Positions 52,145 to 64,000 of a DNA stretch of 64,000 bases are shown piece by piece. Below the pieces are notes generated by a model, which was given only the letters and a program-made list of their open reading frames with translations, was not told the origin of the DNA and made no database searches. This stretch comes from Phoronis australis. Its lineage: Eukaryota > Animalia > Phoronida. Numbering within the stretch: the first letter of the stretch is position 1; each line of letters starts with the position of its first letter. Position numbers and translations under genes: made by a program. The stretch lies in the NCBI GenBank assembly GCA_002633005.1, contig NMRA01000436.1:208127-272126 (forward strand). Direction: 5' to 3'.

Positions 52145-55100
52145 CAGAAAATATTACTGCAGGCACATTTAAAGTTTTGAACATCACTAAGAATGAGCAA
52201 AAAAGACCAACTAGCACTAAACATATTTTTAATAACCACATCCCACCTAGTGGTAAAATACAGTATAAAACTACTTTTAATTACAAATAGCTGAACTGTT
52301 TTGATGTTTATACTAAGCAAATTTTGAGATGAGGTCACCGAGCAGGGGAAGGGTGGCGAAACTTTGGTAACAAACTGCAACAAAAACAGACCTCACTTTT
52401 CGACTAGTTCTGAGACTTAAATCATAGTCATAGTTTGCCTGCCAATTTGATATGTTATATTGCATTTGCCATTTCTGATGTGCGTCTTACTGTGAACTAG
52501 TAGCAAATAGTAGCCTGAGCATGAGATATGTGTCTCGAAATATCGCTTTAGAAATTATGTACTTACCTACGGATGTCTATTGGACCTTTATTTAATGTTG
52601 TGATGTAGAAAGTTTGAAAGAACCGAAATGAACCTCGTAAAAACTGATCGACGTCATAAGTAGACCTACCTACCAGCATCCGATAATTTCATCAGATCGA
52701 GAAATTCTTAAACTTATTGTAAATTAATGTTTTTTCCTTCATACATACTGCACCTGTGCCTTGAAGCACAGCTTGAGGCTGTTGCCATACGACCATGTTG
52801 TCAACTAAACCATGTCGAACCGTTTGTTTCCTGGACACTTACATGTATCAGCGAAGTGATAACTGGCAATTATGCGTTTCTGGCACCTTTTTTCGGAGCA
52901 TCACTTCCTTTTTGGTGGAAGTGAAAAGGCCAGACATGAAATCACTGGCAACCTTTCATTTTGTATGTAGTGGAAGAAAGTCGGCAGGTCCAATGATATG
53001 TGAACTGCAGGCAACTTTGTCAGAACTGTATAATTGCCTTCTTTTAACTAATACAGTAGGATACGATTGCCTGACCTTTCGAGTCAGATCACCGTTGGCC
53101 GATAGAGGTCCTGGTTTGTCAGTACGTTTATCGTGAGCAGGGTACACAATAATGTTGTGAAATTGCCGTTAGCAATCTTTTTCATAGAGGTTTAAATGAA
53201 TGATCTACGATCATTATTTCAATGCCTCTTGTCTCCGCGAAGTGTGGTGCCCGTCTTCACCCAATTTATAAATTGGATTTTTGTGAAAAATAAAAAGCTA
53301 AAAAAATGCCCCACGTACGTTTTTATGCAAATTAATGTCGCCATTGCCAAATTTTCGTTTTTTCGCAATATCTCATTGATAATTTCATACAATTACTTGA
53401 AACCATTATCTATCTATATCTATATTTTAAAGGAGCAGCCATTATGGTATACTTTATTTTCTAAGTAATTAATTGTATCTACCAGACTTTAGAATAGCAT
53501 AGATTCTTCATTGACGGATCGTCATTAAAGCACTTGTACCAGCAGGCATTTGAAATTGTGTGTCCTACATGGCTTAAGAGCAGTTAAGTTCCACCATCTC
53601 ATGTCACGTTCGTCACTATCCATGTGAGCTTCAGTAGAAAATTGGCTGGTTTTCTTCTCAGTCTCCACCCACTACAAATATGGCCCAGTAGATCAATCAG
53701 ACTTGTAGAACATATTACACCAGCCGATTTTCAATATTTTGATAATACGTTATATATCCAAGATGGTAAAGCGCTGGTCCGTACTTTAGTCAATGTACCT
53801 CCGGCACGTCTGGTAGGTTTAAAAGTTCTCGATGTTATGGGGTTCTCAGCTGATAGTATCTATCCAGAAGCTACATGTACCTGTATCAGAGCCTAGGGCT
53901 GTTCGCAAAGTGTCGGTTCATAATAGATCAAGTTATTTTGGGAGTCATGCTGCGGGAAAGCTGTTTGATTTTCAAACTCCTTTTCAAGCAACTTAACAAA
54001 AACAGCACCAAAATGTCAACTTTTATGATAATTGCGAGTGCATGTCTGGTGTGATTAAAAGGCAGCTTACAAGTAAGGGGAAAATGGAATGTCCGTGATC
54101 ATTGTAAAGGGAATATCCTATCGACTAGTCACATTTATGGCGAGGTACGCGTCGATAGATCTCTTCTAGATCAAAATTTGCTCTATTAGCTCTTATTGAC
54201 TTAATTGTAATGGCCTCGACGTCTCATCTCTTCTCTGGGATTAGTAATCCGAAACTACCAGAAATCTATAGCAACAAAAAAAAAACCCTGAAAATGGTAT
54301 TGTACCTCCTAACGATGCCATATTTAGTACAACAGCATTGTCATAGCCCCAAACAGAGAACTGATATCTTTATGATTATTTTGTTTCATAGGCTATAATG
54401 CCAGTTGTGCATCTTAATATAGGATCTCGTTTACAATCGCGACAACTAAAACTGGCGAAGTTCTGACAATTCTGAGGCTCTACTACTCGGGGCTACATGT
54501 ATTCATCGGGAAACCTTGCTCATTCAAAACTAAAGAAACGACGGGGCCTCTAAAAGGTTGGACATACCTCAAGAATCACAATGCATTCAGGCCGCTAGGT
54601 GGCGGTTCGGATACTACTCCTCCAGTTAAGAACGAGTTGGAGGAGTTCAATTGATTTGTTTATGGTCAGAGTCGAATGTCATTTTCGTGCAAAAGATAAT
54701 AGAAGAGGGTCTCAGTCACGAGTCTAAAATTGGCTTTGTTCGACTCCTCTCATGCACAAAATCCAAAGATTCAATGAAACAATCACCGCATTGCCCTAAA
54801 AAGTCATGGTGGTGAACTGCTGGCATACTGACGCATCCTCTCGAGACCTTATGCCAAAGATAATAGAGGTTGAGAGATGAAGGACTGTTAGATCCAATGT
54901 GTTTATATTGGCCTATCCTACCAAACTCAATGATTGATGTCACGATATGATGTTTGTGAAATAGATGAAAGGGACCAGTTTTAGTCTCACGAAAGGTGAT
55001 GAAAGCGATTGGAATGATGTAAACGTTTGGGTTCATTGTTTTTATTGGCTTCTGTACACCTTTGTGTGTTTATTGTTTTGGCTTTTGTGCACTTCAGGCG

Positions 55101-55546
55101 TTATGTCTAAGAAGAATTAAATAGTGGGGTGCTGTTTAATACAGTATCCTACAGAAACAAGATACTACCTTGAAAATGGTTTTGTCTCAATTATTAACCG
55201 TCTATACGTATAGGCACTTATTTTTTAACATGAAATGGTGAGATACTGGAAAAAAACGAAAATTTGATAATAGTCGCACAAACTTGCTTAAATAACATAC
55301 CTGACTTGTTAGCAACAATTATGACATATCTCACAACATTTTTTTTCACAAAAACGCAAATCAGAAGTTGATGTCAGGGAGTGACGACTCAACTAGACAG
55401 TTCCGGGCGGGCATACATGTATGGTGGCACTGAACAGTTAGGCTGCACCCACGGGCATATTGTAGAATCTACTACAAGAGGGCTATGTTAAGTTTGGCGA
55501 TTGTTTTGAAAAGGAACTGATTCGTTTGTGCTTTTGAACTCGTCCT

Positions 55547-55768
55547 CAATGAGAAAAAGCCATTTTTAGCGGTGACAAATTTGTGATGCAAAATGGTGGC
55601 TGCCGGTTGCTATCAACCCCTGTCGCCTGCTGTCTGAGAAACCGGATGTGATTTCAGTGGGCTGTCAAACATCTTGTAAGGGGTTACTATTTAGAATATA
55701 AACAGTGAATTGACTGATAAAAATCTGTAGCATAATTAAGTGTCAGTTATTTTGAGTGGCGCCCCTTA
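55547..55768 (+). repeat. Dispersed repeat, copy 2, ending ...gcccc|TTAA (TTAA-specific, Kolobok-like terminus)
   Basis: Homologous to 23697-24058; ends gtggcgccccttaa. Confidence 0.65.
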
Positions 55769-58589
55769 AATGGGAATGCTGCAAAACGGACTCTTGATAA
55801 GGACGGGGGGAAAGGACACATATCCACCTATGTGTGCGTTGGCATCCAAAATTCTGTAATAACTAAAATGTGACAGCTATGTCAGTCAGGCTATGACGAC
55901 CGAGCCTTGATCAATGACGCCACGCCCTCTTGTCACGTACGAAGGCCCGCACGCACATCCAGACGTCTTCATACCTCGAATGAAAGAACACGCAGCATAG
56001 ACTCTATTCACGCTGCAGACATTAAAATTCAAAGCGAGGCTCACTGCGATAAACAAAGCCAACTTGACATTGCGGGAGTTAAATGGCCGGTCTTACGAGT
56101 CCAACCTCATGGATATTAAATCTTAAAAAAGTGTCAAAAATTAACCATAGAGACGTAAAGAAATACATTAGAGAACAAGTCAATGTACCAAAGAGTTGTC
56201 TGGCGAAAGGATATAAGCTTTTTTCGGAAAACTAGGTTCAAAACATGAAAAGTAAATATTACCAAATTGCGGCGATCGACGTGTTACGGCTAGTTATTAT
56301 GCTGAATGCAGGTTTACGTTTGTTTTGTAAACTGTTGATAAAAATGCTAATTTCTACACGAACCAGTTCGTCTGCTCTTATTGATGACGATTTAATGAAA
56401 TATTCGACAGCATTTTGCTGTCATGTACATCTGGTTTAATTTGTTAATCAAGAATGTTGACATCAACCATCAGGTAGCATAGCTAGGTCCTGGTGAGGTA
56501 GGGACTACCAGGACTAACAATTGATTTGTGATTGGTCTGAAAGAATAATTGTTATTAAATATATTTTATTAAAATAAAAAACCTGGCTCGTAATTGAAAA
56601 TAAAAATTATTTGACCATCAATTCTGCTTCCTTGGTTTTAATAATTCTTACGTCTATTGCATGTGTTAGGAATCAAATATCAATCTGTACCAAGTTGAAT
56701 TTTAAAATTAAAACACGTACCTAATTCGTTCGACTAAAGCATAACCTCGTTTTAGAGCTCAATTAACTGGACAGAGCGAGCATAGTTATCATGTTTCTTC
56801 AGGGGCCTCGTTCGTTCATCCCGGCGAGGGGAAAGATGCCTGTGCCTTCAAGAGGGGGATTTTTTCGCCGAGTTACAGGAAAAATCTAGCTCCCGATCAC
56901 CATCAATAAGACCCCCGCCCTCTGGTAAGCTCTCATAGGCTATGTCTCAAATAGCATTTTGTGCTCTTTCCGTGAAATTGTCACCTGCGTGGTTACTCCA
57001 GATGATTTGAACTTCGAAGAGAAATTTCCAGTCACCTTTTTAGGCCTCATGGGGAATTTCGCGTGACTTTTTGATATTTTTAGAGGGGAATAGAGTCGAT
57101 ATTCGGCCCCAAAATCTAGGGATTGAGGGCCCCGTCCTTCTTGGAAAAAAATGCATCATGAAAACACACTGAGCCGGCTCAGTGGCCGAAGATTCTCCAG
57201 TCGTCATTACTCGGCATCGAGATGCTATCAAATATGATCTAACTTTTCGAAAACATTTATAAACTTTACACGGACATATTCTCTTTCGTCGCTTCCGCAT
57301 CTCAGCGTCCTTAGTCGGAGATTGTAAAACAGACAGTTGAATGTCCGTATTTTTCCTAGCCGTTCGAGCAACGCGGAATACAGCTATCGTAGCGAGCCTC
57401 GTTTTGGAACTCGCCTCCTGTCGGCGTGAATAGGGTCTATGTGTCACCAGTGATACGTTCAGTCCATAATTCGACTGAAGGATCCAGCGACACCTGTGCC
57501 ATTTATCATACCGGTCACACTTTCATCTCACTGCTATAAAGCAGAACGTTGCCGTTGGTCAGCACTAAAGTGCAATGTGAGGCCTGTTTCCAATTCGCAA
57601 CGTAATCATATTTCCAAAATAGCCATGTCATAATTATCGCACTCGCAAGCCCGTAGGCAGTGGGGGGGGGGGGTTCGAGGGGTTCGAACTTTCCTTAGCC
57701 CAAGTTTTCCCAATTAGCTGAGAGTCCATACCCCCTACACCTTGGTACCACCAAAAACAATTACGTACCCGTCAGGAGGTACTCAGTGCACACTTCTCTC
57801 TGGATTTTGCTTGACAATGTAGGCCACCTAACTCAATCGGGACTGGCTACCTTTATCTGTCGAAAAATATCAACAAAATGAAAAACTAAGCATGGCCACG
57901 TCAACCTCATTCGTTTCATATTTAGGACCATTTCACTTCCCCCGATAAAATGAAGCGAGGCTCAGACAAAAGTAGCTAAGCGCAAACTTGATTGTTTTCA
58001 TCCAACCACTTACCTGGCAATGTTAAACCCATAAACACAACATAACACCAGATTTTGAGAAGAAGCTTCAGTCAATGCAACTAGATTTCGCAAGCCTGGT
58101 TTGCTTGAGGCCCTACCTGAAATCGCATCAGTTTCTTGATGAGATAACTTGTCGCTCGGGAAATTGCAGGTTGTGATTATTCCGGCGTCCGAGTGAATCA
58201 GTCGCCTACAAGTTCAAGGCAAGTAAATAATTTGGAACTGGATTGTCTTTTAAAAAATATTGTGAAGACAGTGTATTAAGCTATGTTTGAAGTAGTTGTG
58301 GCCAACAATGATTTCCCATAGCCACTAGGTGAGCACGACCACGCTCCTGTGGCACGGCTAACGATCGACAAGGAAACATCCAGTTTTGGAAAAGTCATCG
58401 GGAATCACCATGATGTGGGCTCCGAGAAACCGTGACAATACAACTATGCTGGGTGACGTAGTAGGTAATCTTCCTAAAGCGCTCATTTAATGGTGTACAC
58501 GATACCTAGCGCACTGGCTCATTCAACTTCAAGAATAGACTCAGCTGTGTTAGTTAACAGTTCAACACGTTGTCAAGCTAGTAGTCAGT

Positions 58590-58781
58590 ATGGGACAGCG
58601 GTGTTGTAGAAAGGTTGATGCCAAGCGCAGGCACTCGGGTGTAGTCATCCAACAGGAAGAAGCGGTGTTACTTGAAAACGAATGTAACTTAGCAGACCTG
58701 AGAGATAAGAGATACACCTATGAGAATCTGGTACTCGAGGGCGGAGGGGCCAAGACAATTGCTTTCTCTGCCGTAATGGAG
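58590..58781 (+). CDS. Patatin-like phospholipase (ExoU/VipD-like subfamily), first coding exon A
   Basis: MGQRCC...YENLVLEGGGAKTIAFSAVME contains the patatin glycine-rich oxyanion loop; GAG|gtatag phase-0 donor. Confidence 0.85.
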
Positions 58782-58870
58782 GTATAGTACGCCACGTCGT
58801 GGTATACAGCTGTGTGTATGGGTTCCAATTTGGTCTGCAGTGTACATGTACCTTCAGGGTTGGCCCCGAT

Positions 58871-59026
58871 CAGTGCTGTAGTGGGGAGTAGGCCCACGTA
58901 GGAGCAGCCAACCACCTTTCGGCGTTTGAACGTAGCGCCTACGAACAGTAAATTATGTTCAGTGCTCAAGGTGATGCAGTGGGCTTTGGGCGCCTACTTA
59001 CCTCTAATTTTACCACTACAGCACTG
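58871..59026. mobile_element. hAT-type MITE (perfect 14-bp TIR)
   Basis: cagtgctgtagtgg ... ccactacagcactg; the 8-bp flanks gccccgat/gtctcgac are consistent with a decayed TSD. Confidence 0.75.
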
Positions 59027-61622
59027 GTCTCGACACCTTAGGCTTTGAAATTCATCTATGAGACCGTTGTCTCTCAACACATGAGTAATATCCTGTGTGC
59101 CTAAAAATCTCGATTTTTAATAGCGTCCACCAGTTTCCCTCTAGGTATTCTATGTACCGGGTAACACGTGTACACGTTACTTATAAATATCTCATTGACT
59201 TGCGTAGGGTACATTTCTAGACGTACAGGGACATAACCGTACGAAAACAGCTTACAACAATTAATTTGGTTATGGTAACAATTATTTTTCACTCAGTTCA
59301 ACTAGTTTCAAGCACGCAAATAATCTTGAAACAAAACTTATGTAATGCTTCAAAAGCTTGTTGTGTGAGTTAAAATTCAGAGGGAGTATTCAGTTGTAGG
59401 ATTGTTCCCCTGAAGGGTACTTAGACCGCCAGTCAACATCTTTTGTTGTAGATGAGAAGCCTACTGAGACATGAAAATTGAGGCTTATTTATTAATTCCG
59501 TGTATAGCAGAGCTTACCCCACATGGTAAATGCACCGTTATAGCGGGGCCAAATGACGCACGAAGATTGCTTTGCAATAACAACGACTGTTGCATGGTCC
59601 CATGACATGATATCGTTTCCAAAATATAATCTGTCGTTCTTTTGTAGCTGAGTGTCAGAACGAAAGGTTGGCTTACGATCGAAAGCCCAAACATAGTCTC
59701 CTTCTAGGAATTACATGGATCCTTGGTCATTATCACGTTTTGCGGTGAGAAAACCATCATGTTGACCGCCGTGTAAGTCGATAATGTCCCGTTATTAATG
59801 AAAACGTAGAAACAATGTAAGCAGCTCCGTAAAAGAAATAATAAAAGTTATGAAATGTTAAAATTTTAGTTATTAAAACATTGCTTGATAAAAAAATGAA
59901 AATGTCCGTGAAGCATTTAAAAGATGTGATTTCCCGTTTCCGATGAGTGAAAATGATGGAGAACGCTTTTGAGTTCACGTTTGATAACAACGAGAAAAAT
60001 GACAAACAGTGCGATTTTTGAAAATAGATTCAACCAATGGAGAATTGCATATCATGAGATTTATTTTCGTGACATGCAATGTTCACAGAATATTACATTT
60101 TGTCATACTTTCTTATACACTGGCATTGATCGCGGTCGTGTCACCAACCACGTGACTGTTCGTGCAAGGGGACTGCCTCCACTTGGAAGACTCGTGAATA
60201 TTTTCCAGGTAATTGTGCTCGGATTTCTCCAATCATTGCGTGCAGTTTTTGAAAATAAAGGGAACTAAGAAACTAGAATACTTTACAGCAACTCATGATT
60301 GTCAGGAGCAGCTTGAAACATAAATCTAAACAAAACGGTCTGTATTCGACTACTGGCACTCCGTTTTTTCAGCGATAGCTGTTTAAACAAGACTTCAAAA
60401 TTCGGAAGATATATGTTGAGAAAGCGATCACCAATTTTATTGTTGTTGGAATTTCATGATAACACAATATTTCTATGCCAACACCATTTCTGAGACTTTC
60501 GCTAGACTTTTCATTAATTTGTGACGGTTGACTTAAAATCAAAGAGTCTCATTATTCTTAGAAAATTGTGAAACCCTGAAAAGCAGTCTGCTCAAGTTAA
60601 GGAGAATCCGACAACTGTTTTGAGCATTTTGAAAGAGATTCTGGTACAGCAAATTTGCTAAATCCTGGCAAAAAGATGTTTCCCTATCGAAGTACAATTC
60701 AAACAACGACATTTGTAACAAAAACGCAAGGTCACGTGACAACGAGAATGGCACAGTGATAGAATCTCGCTGGTTCCCTGCGTGCCGCTAGGTGGTCAGT
60801 AGCCAGCACGGAAGTATCACTTAATTTTCCTCGGGAATTTTTTTACACCGGCGTTTCTGATTGGCTAGTCAAATTCTCAACAGGAGCGCTTTACGCAAAC
60901 AAACTAACATCATAGATACTCTATACTGAGTCTATGCTGGCATGAATGATGGACTGAAATGTAAATGAGGTCTGTTGTACAGATAAATCGGTGCTTAAAA
61001 TTTGTGACCAGGAAATGTGAATTCTAGAAATTGTAGTTGCGCCTTTTCGGAATGCATGTTTCTACTGTCGATGACTTTTGTTTACGATACTGTCCAGTAT
61101 GAATAACACACCAGTTAGATCGACCAGATATGTGTTTATTGTACACGTATGTGCTTCACTAAGCACGCGGCTATTTAACATCACTACAGAAACGAAATAG
61201 TTGCTACGACGCCACTTGCATGACGAGGCTAAAAATCGTTCACAGTCCATCATTTTTTCACGGTGTTGTAAAGCTCAACCAATGACTGCTGAGGTTACAT
61301 CAAAGCCCGATCTCTTATTGTAAACTCATAACGATTACGCTCGTAAATTAAACACGGCGCAGTGAAAACTGTCTTTTCACCTAGCTGTAATCTGTAAGCG
61401 TAAATTAACGGCGACACATTTCTCCCGGTGGGTTTTTGCAACGTCCAGTCCGTCACTTTGAAGGCACCCTGTACTGCATTGATACGGTACATACTGTAGG
61501 CCTATATCTTTTTTTGTCCATTCATAACAAAGCCACATCGGATTCAATTCACCATATTACCTGCTCTTATGTACATGTAGCAACAAGCCCTCGCTATTGT
61601 TGAGTTTGAAGTGTAACCGACG

Positions 61623-61805
61623 ATGGGAAATAGTGGAAGCACTGTTGGCTCAGATGGCCCCTCTGTGGGTTCAAAATTCAACGCGAACGACGATTCAATG
61701 GAACACATAACTGTTGATGATATGGCGGGTGTCACGCTGGATTATGAAAACCTTGTTCTTGAGGGAGGGGGAGCCAAGACGTTCGCATTTACGGCCGCAT
61801 TGGAG
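61623..61805 (+). CDS. Patatin-like phospholipase, first coding exon B
   Basis: MGNSGS...LDYENLVLEGGGAKTFAFTAALE; GAG|gtacgt phase-0 donor at the same protein position as exon A. Confidence 0.87.
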
Positions 61806-64000
61806 GTACGTTAACAATCTCGTCTTCTCGGTGTGCCGCGTGTGATGTTGGAGGTACGATTAGCTCTCTTTACCTGGCACGTGTAACTACAATACCACTA
61901 TACCTGCAAAATAACTCACACGAGGTCGTAAACTGCATGAAACATCCATATGAAGCTAACTGAAATATTATTGCTAACCTTACTTTGAACAGTGGTGACT
62001 GGCAAATGTTTTGGCTTTTCATAACGAGTGAAATGTATATTAAATGTGAGACTAAAACAGGCGACTGAAACATAACGTATTGAAAACGCGCAAATCATCC
62101 GAAAAAAAAACAGTCTTTGTCGTCACAACTATGGGGAAATGAACAGGGTCAATGAATGCATTCAACTGGACATTACGGGTCATCTGACCAATACAAAGAT
62201 TCATGACTTTGTAGGTTTATCATTTTGAGATAGTAATCTTTGACAAACGGTTGTTTGACTTTAACCTGGGGCTGCAGAACGGACATCCTTAGGGAAGAGA
62301 AAAACTACTTTTTTCTTGTAACTCGAATTCATGGGTTCTTGGAATAAGTTAGATATTTTTACTTTGCTCAAACACCGACAATAAAACGACATGATGTGTG
62401 TGCACAGTTGTATGAATACGAGGATCTTCGGATTCCGCCAGACTTTTAACGTTTTGCCTGGTCTTTATTGCACTTGATAACTCGTTTAAAGTTGAGCTTC
62501 TGCAATCAGTTCCGTGGAAGTCTACTCCCTACTTTACTACAGAAGTCACCCGTCACCTGAAGTTTGTGTTGCGTTAGATACATTTTCAGCGAAGAAAATG
62601 TTAGTGACCATCGTTGATTTTAATTCTGTAACCAATTTACATTTATTATGCAGTTTACAGTTTTGTCAACTCAGAGTCCACAGTACTGTTGCTTAATGAC
62701 TAGCTGACCTAACAATTTACCAACAACAGCGAGGTGTTTCCAGACTAATAAGTACATCCCTCGCTTTACGGATGTAACACCACTGTGTTTCGATTTGTCG
62801 TCATCAATGATATGGTCGAGTAGTCTAGCGCATTGAGTGTTCAGTGGAGAGTTACGTACAGACTGAAAATAAGTAGCATTTATTGATAACTCGTGCAGGA
62901 ATGGAATCCATTTTGCTTGTGTTGGACAATTCGGCGGTGCTCCACCTTAAACTCAAAGGTTAAGCATAGAATTTGTCTGATGAAACTGACATTGTTCACT
63001 GTTTAAAAATCAACTGTGTAACCTTGAATTCCAATGCATACACACAGACTTTTTAGTGTAGCGCATCACAACAAAAAGAGAGACGCTGAGCATGCGTAGC
63101 TCAGCCTCAGGATGTTGTGATATAATGGGTTCAGCCGACGAATGGAGATGGATCTAATTACAATGACGTCACTGTGTCTTTGCAGACATGCATATTGGCA
63201 ATATATGTCTAATAATTTTCGTCTGGTGGCGCAGCCCATCATTACTTAGCGTTGTGAAATTTTGCCAAGTATGTGGAACTTTTCTGCTGTCAGATATTCT
63301 CGCTTGCTTTAACTGTGTTTCGTAGTGAGAAAAAGAAAAATGTGCATGCTACATATATATATAATATGGGGGACAACTTAGTTTCGGAAGGTGTTGCGCT
63401 GTCTAGACGTCATTGAATATGTGTAAGGATAAATCAAACTTACACACGTGTATAACTTATGTCAGAGCGCACAACAACTTAGAGAGAAATAAGTCCAAAT
63501 TATGAAGAGTGGTATGCTTTTAGATTATGTTTTAATGGAAATGAGAAAAGTGAGTATTGGCATGTTATTTTTGCAATGCAGAGTTCAGTACCTATTACTT
63601 TCAGCCACAAACAGTTGTTACTTGGCATAACTTAACTATATGTAAGCGTATTAACTGGTGGCACAGCAGGCGAGCTTGTAACCAGGGCCTGAATATGATC
63701 ATGAGACCTTATTTGACCGTGGCGGTGTCCAAGATTTACGGTGAGATTGTTCGTTTGGGGTCTACAAGAGTACTGAGCTAGGCTAAATTGGTGGTGATCG
63801 AGAGGGGGTGGGCGAAGTGGGGTCAATAAGGATTGTTGGTGATCGGAAAGGCGCGAAACTAATTTCGTCTGAGAGGAAACTTTGTGTCTAGCACTTTGGT
63901 ACGGAAGGGTGTCGACATTTTTTTTTTCGCCCCAAACAAATGAAATTTTTGCGCTTGTGCTGTCGCCAGTTAGGTGCAATTAAACTCGTACAATCTAGTT

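Noticed and set aside
54716-57447. ORFs 54716-55036 and 57040-57447
   Set aside because: No domain motifs or supporting splice sites; likely chance ORFs in repeat-derived DNA.
57535-57565. TATAAA plus an Inr-like TCAG upstream of patatin exon A
   Set aside because: Spacing is imperfect and such motifs are frequent in AT-rich DNA.

Overview
AT-rich, intron-rich animal (probably marine invertebrate) genomic DNA with scaffold gaps; nothing here looks prokaryotic. I assembled genes by hand from GT-AG splice sites and codon phase. (1) One coding exon of an NWD1/NWD2-type NACHT-WD40 gene lies on the minus strand at 4841-5087. (2) A phase-consistent 10-exon minus-strand gene (47786->33194, ~557 aa) is only fragmentarily visible in the ORF track. 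It encodes a secreted protein with a signal peptide, a pro-like domain, a furin-type RRLKR site, a Trp/Lys amphipathic helix and a long beta-rich CxNCY domain. From memory this resembles fungal/microbial DUF7029+DUF7223 proteins. (3) Two tandem first coding exons of an ExoU/VipD-like patatin phospholipase (58590, 61623) carry different N-terminal lipidation signals. The rest is repeat-rich: three internally deleted Kolobok transposons keeping convergent KolX and THAP/transposase stubs, a decayed RTE-X/L2-type LINE, several MITEs, many mini/satellites, one probable assembly duplication, and a strong excess of TACATGTA. All family assignments are from motif recognition; no database searches were run.
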